Source: Octopus sinensis (lineage: Eukaryota). Taken from it: 64,000 nucleotides of DNA. The stretch is taken from positions 3,348,001-3,412,000 of the forward strand of contig NC_042999.1 in NCBI RefSeq assembly GCF_006345805.1. The letters are read 5' to 3'. A model generated the notes under the pieces. The model was not told the DNA's origin. It saw only the letters and a program-made list of their open reading frames with translations, and made no database searches. The position numbers and the translations under genes were made by a program. Positions 52,580 through 64,000 of this stretch are shown one piece after another. Numbering within the stretch: the first letter of the stretch is position 1; every line of letters begins with the position of its first letter.

Positions 52580-53597
52580 AACTATATGGCCCGTTTTCTA
52601 TCTAACATGGCAAATGACTGATTGTACAACAAATGGAATCAGTTAGATGAATAAAAGGAAAAGCTAGTGAGATACAATTCATGAATAGAAATTACACGAT
52701 AATTCAATTTCTCTTCCAGAAATTGGTAGCCATAACAGTTAGCAGCACAAAATACCAGTCAATCACTGACAGTATATCTCTTTTTATCTTTCACTTGTTT
52801 CAGTTATTGGACTGTGGCCAGGCTGGAGCACTGCCTTGAAAATGGGGGTTTTAGTTAAAGAAGTCAATCTCAGTACTTGATTTTTATTTTTTTTGAAATC
52901 TGGTATTTATTCATTCTATCAGTTTCTCTTGCCAAACTGCTAAGTTATGAGGACGTAAATAAATGAATACCAGTTATCAACTGATGGGGATGAAAACAGA
53001 CACGCACACAAACACACATATATTTATATACACACACACACAAATATACAGGTCAGTTCATATATGTTTAAGACATGTTTCAACAAGTAAAGGCTTTTTT
53101 CACAGCAGTTTACCAAGGAGTAAAAATTCTCAGTTTGGGTAAAATGATGTAAGAACACCATTGTCAGTTTAGAACACCATCCATGGATAGGTTGATGTAG
53201 ATGCTTGTTTGTTTGTTTGTTTGTTTGTTGAGTGAAGCGGTCTTTATCACATTGGGAGAAGTCCGAAACATGGTCCTTTGCTATTCGTAAGACCCGCAGA
53301 AGAGAAAGCAGGTCGACCCCCGACAACGAGAGCATCGACGGATGGATGAATGCACATCCAGGCTCAGCGGTTGCGTAGGAGGTCGGAGACAAGAAACAGG
53401 AAGAAAGAGTGAGAGAAAGTTGGAGCGAAAGAGTACAACAGGGGTCGCCACTACTCCCTGCCAGAGCCTCGTGGAGCTTTAGGTGTTTTCGCTCAATAAA
53501 CACACACAACGCCCCCGGTCTGGGAATTGAAACCGCGATCCTCCAACCACAAGCCCGCTGCCCTAACCATTGGGCCATTGCGCCTCCACTTGATGTT

Positions 53598-53843
53598 GAT
53601 GCATTCTAGCTTCTTAGCTATCTTCAGAACCAGATACCAAGAGAGACAACTCTGAAATGACTGGAAAGCTTAGTTTAGCCTGTCTTTTCTATCACTGCTT
53701 CTCACAACTCTTTGTTCAAGTTTGGCAGCCTAAGTGCACAAATCAATAAATAATATTTACTGATTCTTTTGCCTACAATAAAGCCAAAATTACCTTTCTT
53801 GGTATCTGGTTCTGAAGAGCAGCAAAGAAGTTAAAAATGCATC
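53598..53843. mobile_element. MITE with ~45-bp imperfect TIRs
   Basis: gatgcatt...tcttcagaaccagataccaaga inverted at both ends. Confidence 0.7.
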
Positions 53844-54274
53844 GAGCAGTCCAAGTTGAAATATATTCCAGATACATTTGAACTGATCTGAAGTTTGTTT
53901 TATTTTCCATCACTACCATGCTGGTACCACATAAAAAGCACCCAGTAAGGTGGTTGGCATTAGGAAAGGCATCCAGCCATAGAAATCATGACAAAGTAGA
54001 TAACTGGAGTCCAGGCAAGGTTATTTATAGAGGACCAGCAGTCACCCATGCATACCAGCCTCCCTTTTCTGTGTTGCTGGTGTTATCCAAGGGAAAGACA
54101 AAGGCTGATACAGCTTGGTATCAGTGACATCACAACTCATTCTTCTGCTGAGTGGACTGGAGCAACATGAAATAAAGTGTCTTGCTCAAGAACACAACAC
54201 AACTGCCGGTCCAGGAATCAAACTCACTACCTCATGTTTGTGAGCCTAACACTCTAACCACTGAACCATGTGCC

Positions 54275-54325
<51 letters not shown>

Positions 54326-54745
54326 GAGTTTTCTGCCATTTTCACCAGCCAGTTTCTCTCACATAGCATTGATTGGCCCAAAGTTATCCAAAATACCATG
54401 CTGTGGTACTAAAAGTGAACCTGCTTGGTTGTGAAGCAAATGTCTTTAGCCAAAAAAGCCATGCCTGGTAAAAAGTTTCCACAGAGAAACGAGAAAGTAG
54501 ATACCACTATTAAACCAGCAAAGCGGGGAAATATATCAACCAATAAGATTGATGGAAGCATACAGTGACTAACGACTAAAAGGATAAATAAAAAAAATAA
54601 TAAATGTGGGATGAGCGAAACACAATATTGTTTGAGTTATGGTGTAGGCAATCATCGACATATTAATATTAAATGCTCTTAATTAAAATGGCTTAACCTT
54701 AAAATCAAGTAGGCATACCAATTGTATGTATATATGTGTGTGTAT

Positions 54746-54777
<32 letters not shown>

Positions 54778-55261
54778 ACATATATATATATATATAATAT
54801 ATATATATATATATAACATATATATATATATATAATATATATATATATATATAATATATATATATATATAAGTATGCTTTTGTGTGAATATATATATATA
54901 TGTGTGTGTGTGTGTGTTTATTCATGTGTGTGTAATTGGTTTTGTAGAAAAGTGTATGTTGTATGCGAGTGGTGGGTGTGTCCCTTGCTGTGTTAGCATA
55001 TTAAGTTTTCATGCGGAATGGAATGAAGTAGATATATCACAATATATGCTGATTGCCACAGAAATAAACAGAGAATAAGCAATCAATATAAAGCAGATGT
55101 ATGTGTAACATGTTTCTGTAGTGAGAGAGAAAGAGACAGAGACGGAGACGGCTGCAGCAAGTCGAATGATTGGAGTATCAGACTGTTGGACAAATGTCGG
55201 AAGGTTAATAAGCTATCACAGGTGCTGTTCTGTGGCCGTGGCTCTGAAACTTATATCATAC

Positions 55262-55321
55262 TGGTTAGCTCAGTCTGTCTTGCTGCAATTAGGCAGTTCT
55301 GGTGTGCAGAGCTGCTTACAA
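55262..55321 (-). CDS. Candidate 60-nt symmetric (phase 1-1) exon of an unidentified gene
   Basis: Long polypyrimidine tract ending catttcag, upstream ctgat, GTATGA donor; one open frame VSSSAHQNCLIAARQTELT. Confidence 0.3.
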
Positions 55322-56051
55322 CTGAAATGGGAGAAAGGAAAAAACAAAAACAAATCAGTTTAATAGTTGTATAATAGTTTAAGTGCCAGTGGAACTTAAA
55401 AGGCACCATTCAAGCGTGGATTGTTACCAGTGTCGCCTTACTGGCACTCGAGCACCATCCAAGCATGATCGTTGCCAGAGCGGCTATCTGGCCTCCGTGC
55501 CGGTGGCATGTAAAAGACACCATTCGAGTGTGATCGTTGCCAGCGTCGCCTTACTGGCACTCGAGCCCTGTGCTAGTAGGGTATTAAGAGCACCATCCGA
55601 GCACGATTGTTGCCAGAGCGGCTATCTGGCCACCGTGCCGGTGGCATGTAAAAGACACCATTTGAGCGTGATCGTTACCAGTGTCGCCTTACTGGCACCT
55701 GTGCCGGTGACATATGTAAAAAGATTCGAGCGAGGCCGTTGCCTGACTAGCCCCACAACACTCTCGAAGTGGTTGGCGTTAGGAAGGGCATCCAGCTGTA
55801 GAAACTCTGCCAGATCAAGATTGAAGCCTAATGCAGCCAGTCCTCAGCCAAATCGTCCAACCCATGATAGCATGGAAAGTAGATGTTAAACGATGATGAT
55901 GAATAGTTGTGTGGTTGAGAAGTTTTGTTTGTAACCAAGTGGTTCCAGGTTCAAGTCCACAGTGCAGTATTCTTGGGCAACTGTCTTTTCTACCACTACT
56001 CTGTGAGTGGAATTTGGTCAGTTGAAACAGAATAGGAGAGTTTGTGATATA

Positions 56052-56264
56052 CGCGGGGGTGCTGAAAAGTTCCTAGTTTTAAGGGTATTGCAAAAGGCCT
56101 GCTTGGAGTCCCAACCTTCTGAGATCTTTTACAGGGTTTAGAAAAACTGAAGGACCACTGCAGTAAGTGCGTGAAGTTGAGGGGAGATTATGTTATATGA
56201 AATCATAATAAACTGATTCTCTATTTTCTTTTACCTAAAACAGGAACTTTACAGCACCTCCTTG
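56052..56264 (+). mobile_element. mariner-derived MITE
   Basis: TIRs g(g)gggtgctgaaaagttcct / aggaactttacagcacctcc; remnant GLEKLKDHCSKCVKLRGDYV of a mariner C-terminus. Confidence 0.75.
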
Positions 56265-56360
56265 TGTGTGTGTACATACATATATATATGTATACATATA
56301 TATATGTATATATATATATATATCTATATCTATATATATATATCTATATCATATATATAT

Positions 56361-56431
<71 letters not shown>

Positions 56432-56821
56432 CATACATGCATGCATAAATACATACATACATATAGGTGATGAAAATGCTAAGATAAGATAATTATCTTC
56501 ATTAATTTTGCCTTTAAGTTCTAATTGCTAATAAGCCACCCTTTTAATTAGTTATATATTATATACATATATATAAATTTTATTTAATTTACTTTGCAGG
56601 GACAACTGTTTTATCAAAGGCGTACCTTGTCATGAATTACTCAAAATACAGATATATATATATCATTAGGCCTCACCAAGGCAATGACTAGTGACCAAGA
56701 CTTTTGGAAATATGCAGTGTGTGAGAAGACCCGGCAAGCCAAGTGAGACCATAACCCGTGGCCTATGCCAGGAGTGTAACCAGCCCACTTATGCGTACCT
56801 CTCCTTCATTGGACACTAAAC

Positions 56822-58860
56822 TCTATAGAAGTTATCGACCAATATCTGACAGATGAATTTTGGACTGTATTAGTCGAGGAAATGCTTATGCTATGCAGAT
56901 GTTAGATCACCAGCAAGGTCTTGTACGAAGATCATCCCGATCCAAAGAGGGGCACACAACAAATGTGACGGAAATGAAGTGTTTCTTTGGCCTGATGTTA
57001 CAAATGGGTACATGTCCCAAACCATCTGTAGAAAGTTATTGGTCCTCTAACATTTTATACAAATCTCTTTTTCCTTCCGTAATGAGTCAGAATCATTTTC
57101 AGTCGCTGCTCCAATTCTTTCACTTTTCAAACAACGAAGATAATGGTGATCGTTTGCATAAAATTAATCCCATTCTTAGATATTTCAATAATCAGCCTTG
57201 TCTGGCACCTGTGTCGGTGGCACAAAAAAACACCATCCGAGCATGGCCGTTCGCCAGCCTCGTCTGACACCTGTGTCGGTGGCACATAAAAAGCACCCAC
57301 TACACTCACGGAGTGGTTGGCGTTAGGAAGGGCATCCAGCAGTAGAAACTCTGCCAGATTTGACTGGCCTGGTGCAGCCTTCGGGCTTCCCAGACCCCAG
57401 TTGAACTGTCCAACCCATGCTAGCATGGAAAGCAGACGTTAAACGATGATGATGATGATACATCCCAGAGAGAGAAGTTTGTATTGATGAGTCCATGGTA
57501 CTTTGGCGTGGCCGATTAATATTTTGCCAGTACTTAAAGAACAAGAGACATAAGTATGGTGTAAAGTTGTATGAACTGTGTGTATCAAGTGGTATTGTTC
57601 GAAAAATTCTGATCTATTCAGGAAAGCCAGATGCTCAAACTGGCATCTTGGGGCATTTAGGTCAAGTGGTGCTTAGTCTGATGGATGAGTTCCTTGATAA
57701 AGTTATATTTTGTACATAGATAATGACTACAACTCTGTTCCTTTGACAAAAGCAGTGTCACAGTGATCTACTCAAATAAAAATGTGGAACTCTGAGGTTT
57801 ACCTGAAAAGACAACCCCAAGGATTTGGTAAAAAAAAAGTTGAAGAAAGGAGAGTCAGAATGGATAAGATCAGACAAAGTAGTTGTGTGAAAACGGAAAG
57901 AGAAGAGAGACGTATTGGCAATTAGTAATATGCACCAAGTGGAAATGGTAGATGTGATAAATCGTAATGGAAAAAAAATCAAAGAAGCCCAATATTGTAA
58001 AAGATTATAACAACAGTATGTCAGGAGTAGATAGATCAGATCAAATGCTTTTCTATTATTCTTATCTCTTTAGTGCCCACAAGGGGCTAAACATAGAGGG
58101 GACAAACAAGGACAGACAAAGGGATTAAGTCGATTATATCGACCCAAGTACATAACTGGTACTTAACTTATCGACCCCGAAAGGATGAAAGGTAAAGTCA
58201 ACCTCGGTGGAATTTGAACTCAGAATATAACAGCAGATGAAATACCTATTTCTTTACTACCCACAAGCGGCTAAATGCAGAGAGGACAAACTAGGACAGA
58301 CAAAAGGATTAAGTTGATTATATCGACCCCAGTGCGTAACTGGTATTTATTTAATCGACCCCAAAAGGATGAAAAGCAAAGTCGACCTCGGCAGAATTTG
58401 AACTCAGAACGTAGCGGCAGACAAAATACCACTAAGCCTTTCGCCCGGCGTGCTAACATTTCTGTCAGCTCACCTCCTTCCAAATTATTCTTGTCCTTGG
58501 AAAACACTCCGTTGGTACAAGAAAATTAGTCTACATATCTTTGAAATTCTCATCCATAATGCCCAGAAGGTGAATCGCAAAGTAGAAAACACCCAAATGA
58601 AACTTATAAAGTTTAGAGATAATGTAGGGCTGCATTTGCTTGGTGAACCTGTACGAAAAGAAACTCCAGTTCCAGCAGTAGAAGATTTCCACTACTTGGA
58701 AGCAATTCCAGCTACGGAAAAGAAACAAAGGCCAACCAAACCATTCAGGGTGTGTACAGGAAAGAAACTTCATAAATAAACTAGGTACACTTGTGCTGCA
58801 TGCCCAGAGGAACCAGCTTCGTGCGTAGAAAAATGTTTCAAGGCATCCCAGGCAGAATAA
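56822..58860 (+). pseudogene. piggyBac-superfamily transposase pseudogene with two nested retro-insertions; TIRs not found
   Basis: FFGLMLQMG...YW, IDESMVLWRGRL..QYLKNKRHKYGVKLY, DN.YNS, GVDRSDQM, RWYKK, C-terminal Cys-rich TRYTCAACPEEP..CVEKCF. Confidence 0.9.
58064..58483 (-). mobile_element. Family-B SINE dimer (head plus two bodies) with a 9-bp TSD
   Basis: attattctt at 58055-58063 and 58484-58492; removing it restores piggyBac YYSCPWKTLRWYKK. Confidence 0.9.
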
Positions 58861-59497
58861 TTTGACATTCTGTCTACAATTTTTTGAATAAACCTGTTTC
58901 ATTTCAAATTAGTTAGAAAAAGAATAAAAATTGGTTCCAATTGTAAGCTTCAATAACTAAATATTTTTCAGTAATCTTTCTGTATTTTCTTTACATTCAT
59001 TTTCTTCACGTTACGATCATTTTTTCATGTTATAATGTATTTCAATTTGGAGGAATTAAAATTTTATATGCTATTACAACCCAAATGTGAAAAACTGCAA
59101 TAAATGATAAAGGAAATATATTTTTTCTTATACCTGATAGATATAGATGCTTTACCAAATATATTTCCTGGCAGATGCCATGATACGAGTTAAGTCGTAT
59201 CTCTAGTGTTTCCACAACACACTCACAATGTTAGTTCCAGGCTCCAGTTCATTTTAAGCATGTTACAATAAAATAGACCTCTACGAGTATGCTCCTACCT
59301 GGCAAAATTGTGTAGATTGCCTTCGTAGTTGGGCAGTCAGCATGTTAAGAATATTTTTTTTATTTTTCTGGATATGACAGAAAAAAAAAGATAAAAAAGT
59401 GTTTTCATCTTAATTAGTTTTGAACCTTCGTCAGGATGTCTTACAGTTCTTTGTCTGTGCACAGCTTTAACCACTAGCCTACTGGGTGTTCCTTTAA

Positions 59498-59717
59498 CCC
59501 TTTAGTGTTTAAACCGGCCATACCAGACCAAAATTGTTTTCCTGTTTCATTCTCAAACCAGCCAGCTCTGACCTCTCATACCTACCCTACAAAGTCCTTC
59601 TAAAAATTAACAGGGTCATCATCAAAATCTCAGAGTTACAAGAGGCTGCACAATTAATTTAAAACAATGTAATTAAACAGGTTTTACATTTGACAGAGTA
59701 ATTTGAATGCTAAAGGG
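59498..59717 (+). mobile_element. TTAA-flanked piggyBac-type MITE (family P1)
   Basis: ttaa|ccctttagtgtttaaaccggcc ... gctaaaggg|ttaa. Confidence 0.9.
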
Positions 59718-60109
59718 TTAAGGCATCTGTCAAAAGTGAGATGAATAATGAAAATAGGTTTAAATACCCTGCTTTTAAATGGATTTCAGATGCAGCATTG
59801 ATGGTAGTGTGGGTAAATGCCCTATAAGTAATCATGATAGATGAGAAGAGGTTTCAACTTGTCCTATGAACATGCTTGTTTAGCATTAAAAAAAATATAT
59901 ATATTACATAGCGGTTCGGCAAAAGAGACCGATAGAATAAGTACTGGGCTTACAAAAGAATAAGTCCCGGGGTCGAGTTGCTCGATTAAAGGTGGTGCTC
60001 CAGCATGACCGCAGTCAAATGACTGAAACAAGAAAAGAGTAAAGAGTATATAGACATAGAAAAAAAAAAAGAAAATTTATCTACTCATAAAAAAAAAGGA
60101 AGGCATACA

Positions 60110-61075
60110 ATTTTCATTTCCACTCTGCCCAGTATTGAACCATGGACAGAATCTTCCCTCTAAGCTGTTATTCTGCTTCACAATTCCATTAACCCACTAA
60201 TTTATTGGGTCTCTCACTTCTCAGTTCAGTGAAAAATGAGATAAATCCGAGAATAGATTCAAATATACCACTCTTAAGCTGACCCTTGTTGCTGCTGAGA
60301 TGGTCCCCTGGATAAAGGTGTTGGTAATTTAACATCAATAACATTGCAAGATGATAGAGGTTTCAATCTCTACTTAGAGCTACTGTTTAAAGTTTTTCTT
60401 TTTTAAAACTGTTGATAAAAAAAAAAATTTAGATGAAAAATCTTACTCACCCTGATCTGTCTTTAACTCAGTACCAGATTATGCAGGGTGTCCTATCACA
60501 CTGTATCATTATCCGTGTCCCTTACAAGTCCATTGGGTACCCCATTAATTTCTGTGGAAAATAAGATAAGTCCATCACAGCATCAAATCAATAATGAAAA
60601 TAGATTTAAATATCTCATTTTTAAACTGCTTTTTCAGTTGTTGCCTTGATGGCCTAATGGGTAAATGTGTTGGTAATTTACTTAATAGTCTTGTATGAAG
60701 ATAGAGGTTTCAATCTCTATCTGTAACTACTGTTAAGAATTTTTTTCTTTTTATTTAATATCCTTGATGAAAAAAAAAAAAAAATCTTACCTACATCCTG
60801 ATCTGTCTTGAAACCTGAACAAGCTCCTCTCACACTATTCATCTACACACACCTTTACTCATGAGCCTACCGGGTCCCCCCATTAACTTCTGTCACAGAA
60901 GAGATACTTAAATCTATAATATCGTCCAATAAATAAAAATAGATTTAATTACTTCATTTTTAGGCTTGAAATAAGAGCTGCTTTGGTGGCTGTATGGGCA
61001 TTGATGTTGGTAAAGTATATCTTAGTATTTTGTATGAAGGTTGAGGGTTTCAATCCCTTCTTGAAATTATGAAGG
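60110..61075 (+). repeat. Three diverged ~345-bp tandem units, each with a tRNA-like module (60291-60381, 60640-60729, 60977-61070)
   Basis: Recurring aatagattt.aat, gttggtaa, aggtttcaatc and aaaatcttac...cctgatctgtctt; A-box tggcctaatgg; downstream T-runs. Confidence 0.7.
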
Positions 61076-61255
61076 GTTATATATTTTATCTTTATCTATC
61101 GTTAGACTGGCCATGCTGGGACACCATGAATTTTTGTTGAATGAATTGACCCCTGCACTTCTTTTTTAAGCTTGGTTCTTATTCTATCAGTCTCTTTTCC
61201 AAACCACTACATTATGAGGATGCAAACACATCAATGACGTTTGACAGTGTTTGCG

Positions 61256-61302
<47 letters not shown>

Positions 61303-61384
61303 CATATTTAAGTAGGTGAATGAATTATCCTAGTATGGACAATTCGGTTAACCGATACCCGGGTAGCAAATTCACGTCAGAAAA

Positions 61385-61482
61385 CACGGTCTTTATTCTC
61401 GACATATGTTTCGAAGACTGCATATTCTTAATTCCGAAGGAATAAAGGGTGCATTATGCTGCCTTCTCATCAGGAAAGACAA
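61385..61482 (-). ncRNA. Type I minimal hammerhead ribozyme motif in a Penelope-like fragment (~61305-61625)
   Basis: GUCUUUC CUGAUGA G-AAGGCAGCAUA...UAUGCAGUCUU-C GAAA C AUAU GUC GAG AAUAA AGAC: intact core, long stem II, palindromic stem III loop, GUC site. Confidence 0.7.
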
Positions 61483-63325
61483 GGAACTTATGTCAGCATC
61501 ATGACGAACAAAAACTTTTAGATGACTGCCCACATGGAGTCCATAGTGATAATGAGTGTTTCTTTAAAATATATGTCAAGAATAAAGGAATTTTGTTAAA
61601 TCGTTGTTCGACTCCATTCTTTCATTTATATATATATATATATATAGACACACTAACACACAACAGGCTTCTTTCAGTTTCTGTCTACCAAATCCACTCA
61701 CAAGGCTTTGGCCAGTCTGAGCCTACAGTAAAAGACTTGTCTGAGGTGCCAAGCAGTGGGACTGAACCCAGAACCATGTGGTTGGGAAGCAAGATTCTTA
61801 CCATACAGCAACTTCTACATTTATTATTATATAATTTTATTTTTGTACAGATGTAGAATCAAAAAGTAAGTGAAAAACCCATCTGGTTGTACTCAGGACA
61901 GGATTGAACCCTGGCCAGAAGCTCCAGTATGTTCTTTGCTGCTGGTTATCTACACCTTTACCTACAAGGTTACCTAGACTCCCAGTAGAACTCAGTCAAA
62001 AAATAAGATATTTAACTCTTTGTCATTCCCACTAACCTATCAAAAGTAATTAATTTTTGTATTGTTTTACTCATCTGACTGTGGCCATGCTGGAGCATCA
62101 CCTTAAAGAGTTTTAGTCAAAGAAATTGACCTCAGGTCTTATTTTCTTTGAAGCCTAACTACACACCTACAAACATATCTTCTACCTTTTACTTGTTTTG
62201 GTTATTAGACAGCAGCCATCCTGGAGTAGCGCCTTCAAGAAGTTTTACTCATATGAATCAAGCCAAGCACTTCCTTTTTTAAGCCTGGTACTCATTCTAT
62301 CGGTCTCTTTTGCCAAACTGCTATGTTACGGAGACATAACCACACCAAAATTGGTTGTCAAGCGATGGTGGTAGGAGAAACACAGTCAAAAGGACACACA
62401 CATATAAATAAATAAATACATACATATATATATATACAATTTCCGTCTACCACTCACAAGGCTTCGATTGGCCCAGGATTAGTGTAGAAGACACTTGATC
62501 AATGGGTCACGCAGTGGAACTGAACCTGCACCCATGTAGTTGGGAAGCAAGCTTCTTACCACACAGACACACTCCGCTATTTATTCACATTGTTTCGAAT
62601 TAACCCTGTATTATTTTCTAAATTTGAGATTTTGATGAGGAAACTTTTAATTTTTAGAATGACATTGTAGGGTTGGTTTGAGAGGCCAGACCTGGCCACT
62701 TTGAACATGAAACAAATAGAATATTTTGGCCAGATATAAGACACCAATCGTCGCCAAAGAAAAAATATACAAAAGAAGTGCGTTCTATCTGTCCATCTAT
62801 CTATCAGCCTAAACAGACTCAAATAATCACACCATGCATACATGATGAGTTTCCTCATAGTTTCTTATTTCTTTATTGCCCACAAGGGGCTAAACATAGA
62901 GGGGAACAAACAAGGACAGACAAAGGGATAAAGTCGGTTACAATGACCCCAGTGCGTAACTGGTACTTTATTTATCGACTCTGAAAGGATGAAAGGCAAA
63001 GTTAACCTTGGCAGAATTTGAACTCAGATAACCTGCCTATATTTCTATCTATCCATCTCCATTGTCTTGGAACCACACTAAAAAAAAAGAAAAAAAACAA
63101 TATTCTCTTCTAAACAAAACCCACAACATACATGTTTTATATAAATGAATCAAGCTGTTTGTAGATTCACAACATTCTATTTGACAAGTTCTAGAGAGGA
63201 AATAAAGTGCTAATTATAATGAAGAAATAAAAGGATTTCTTTCCAAAATTCTGATGATTTTTTTTTCTCAGTATTCAATTCTGTACATCACACCTAACAC
63301 TCTATACCTCTGTATTTATGTAGGA

Positions 63326-64000
63326 TTCAACCACAGCCTCCAGATGACTTTGGAATCTCCTGCAATTCTTCTGGAAAGTATCCTTGTTTAAATTGGTGAA
63401 TGCTATCATAATCCTTGCCTTCAGTTTATCTTTGGTGTTACAAGGAGTTTTGTTGGTGTCTCATTCAACTGTGCCCCACACATAATAACCAAGGAGCTTG
63501 CAGTCTGGAGAGTTGGTGGTGATGTGGTCACAGAAATTGTCTGACAGCCATAACTGGGTTCTTCTGCTTGTGTGGCATGGTGCAGAGTCCTGTTGCTAGA
63601 CACAGGGCCTTCCAGCAGCCACCCTCTTCACCCAAGATAGCACTACTGCCTCCAGGCACTTGATGTAAGCCTCCTTGTGGGAAGATGAATGGAAGCATAA
63701 CGTCACCATCACTAGTGATCATTCCAAACACCATGATGTTGATTGGATGTTTGATTTTTATCACTTTTGGTACGTATCTTCAGATTGACATTCAAACACT
63801 CGAAAATGTTTGCAATGAAGCTTCCAACATGAATGCCAAGCATGTCGTTTCCAAATTTCTGGCTGAGTGAATTGCATCATGGTGCTGTTTTTCTCATAGA
63901 TGGTGCCCAACTGACCCTACTATACTGTATAGTCAACAAAATCAAGAACAAACAATGCACATGTGTGAAATTAAAAATATAAAATAGCAACAATTTATCC
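63326..64000 (-). mobile_element. Second copy of the internally deleted maT (DD37D) element; runs off the window end
   Basis: ORF MIKIKHPINIMVFGMITSDGDV; same deletion junction as 26622-27493. Confidence 0.9.

Noticed and set aside
1-64000. Fanzor/TnpB, LTR or viral genes, rRNA, CRISPR
   Set aside because: No RuvC, gag/integrase, capsid or rRNA-like motifs were recognised by eye; profile searches would be needed to exclude decayed remnants.

Overview
AT-rich eukaryotic DNA, most likely octopus or another coleoid cephalopod. This assignment is an inference from recalled resemblance of the SINEs to octopus families. The window is almost entirely interspersed repeats and microsatellites. No host protein-coding gene, rRNA or CRISPR array can be confidently supported, and most listed ORFs are microsatellite artefacts. 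Largest elements: a 5'-truncated, three-frameshift RTE LINE with a PHD-like finger inside its RT (5314-9069, -); a fragmented piggyBac transposase (~56.8-58.9 kb); several Tc1/mariner/maT remnants; two oppositely oriented pieces of an RLE-type (R4/Dong-like) LINE; a non-autonomous Helitron; and TTAA MITEs. Dozens of tRNA-derived SINEs show swappable tails. Best leads: (i) a three-unit ~345-bp tandem array, each unit carrying a type-II tRNA-like fold plus a T-run terminator (60.1-61.1 kb); (ii) minimal type I hammerhead-ribozyme motifs in Penelope-like fragments (61.4 kb, 9.25 kb); (iii) an RTE 3'UTR module that appears to spread by itself, one copy with a ~107-bp target duplication; (iv) head+n-body SINE multimers, one with a single TSD; (v) foldback elements sharing a loop but with different, self-complementary arms; (vi) a few candidate small exons in SINE-poor islands. 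All alignments and translations beyond the ORF track were done by eye, and most repeat boundaries are approximate.
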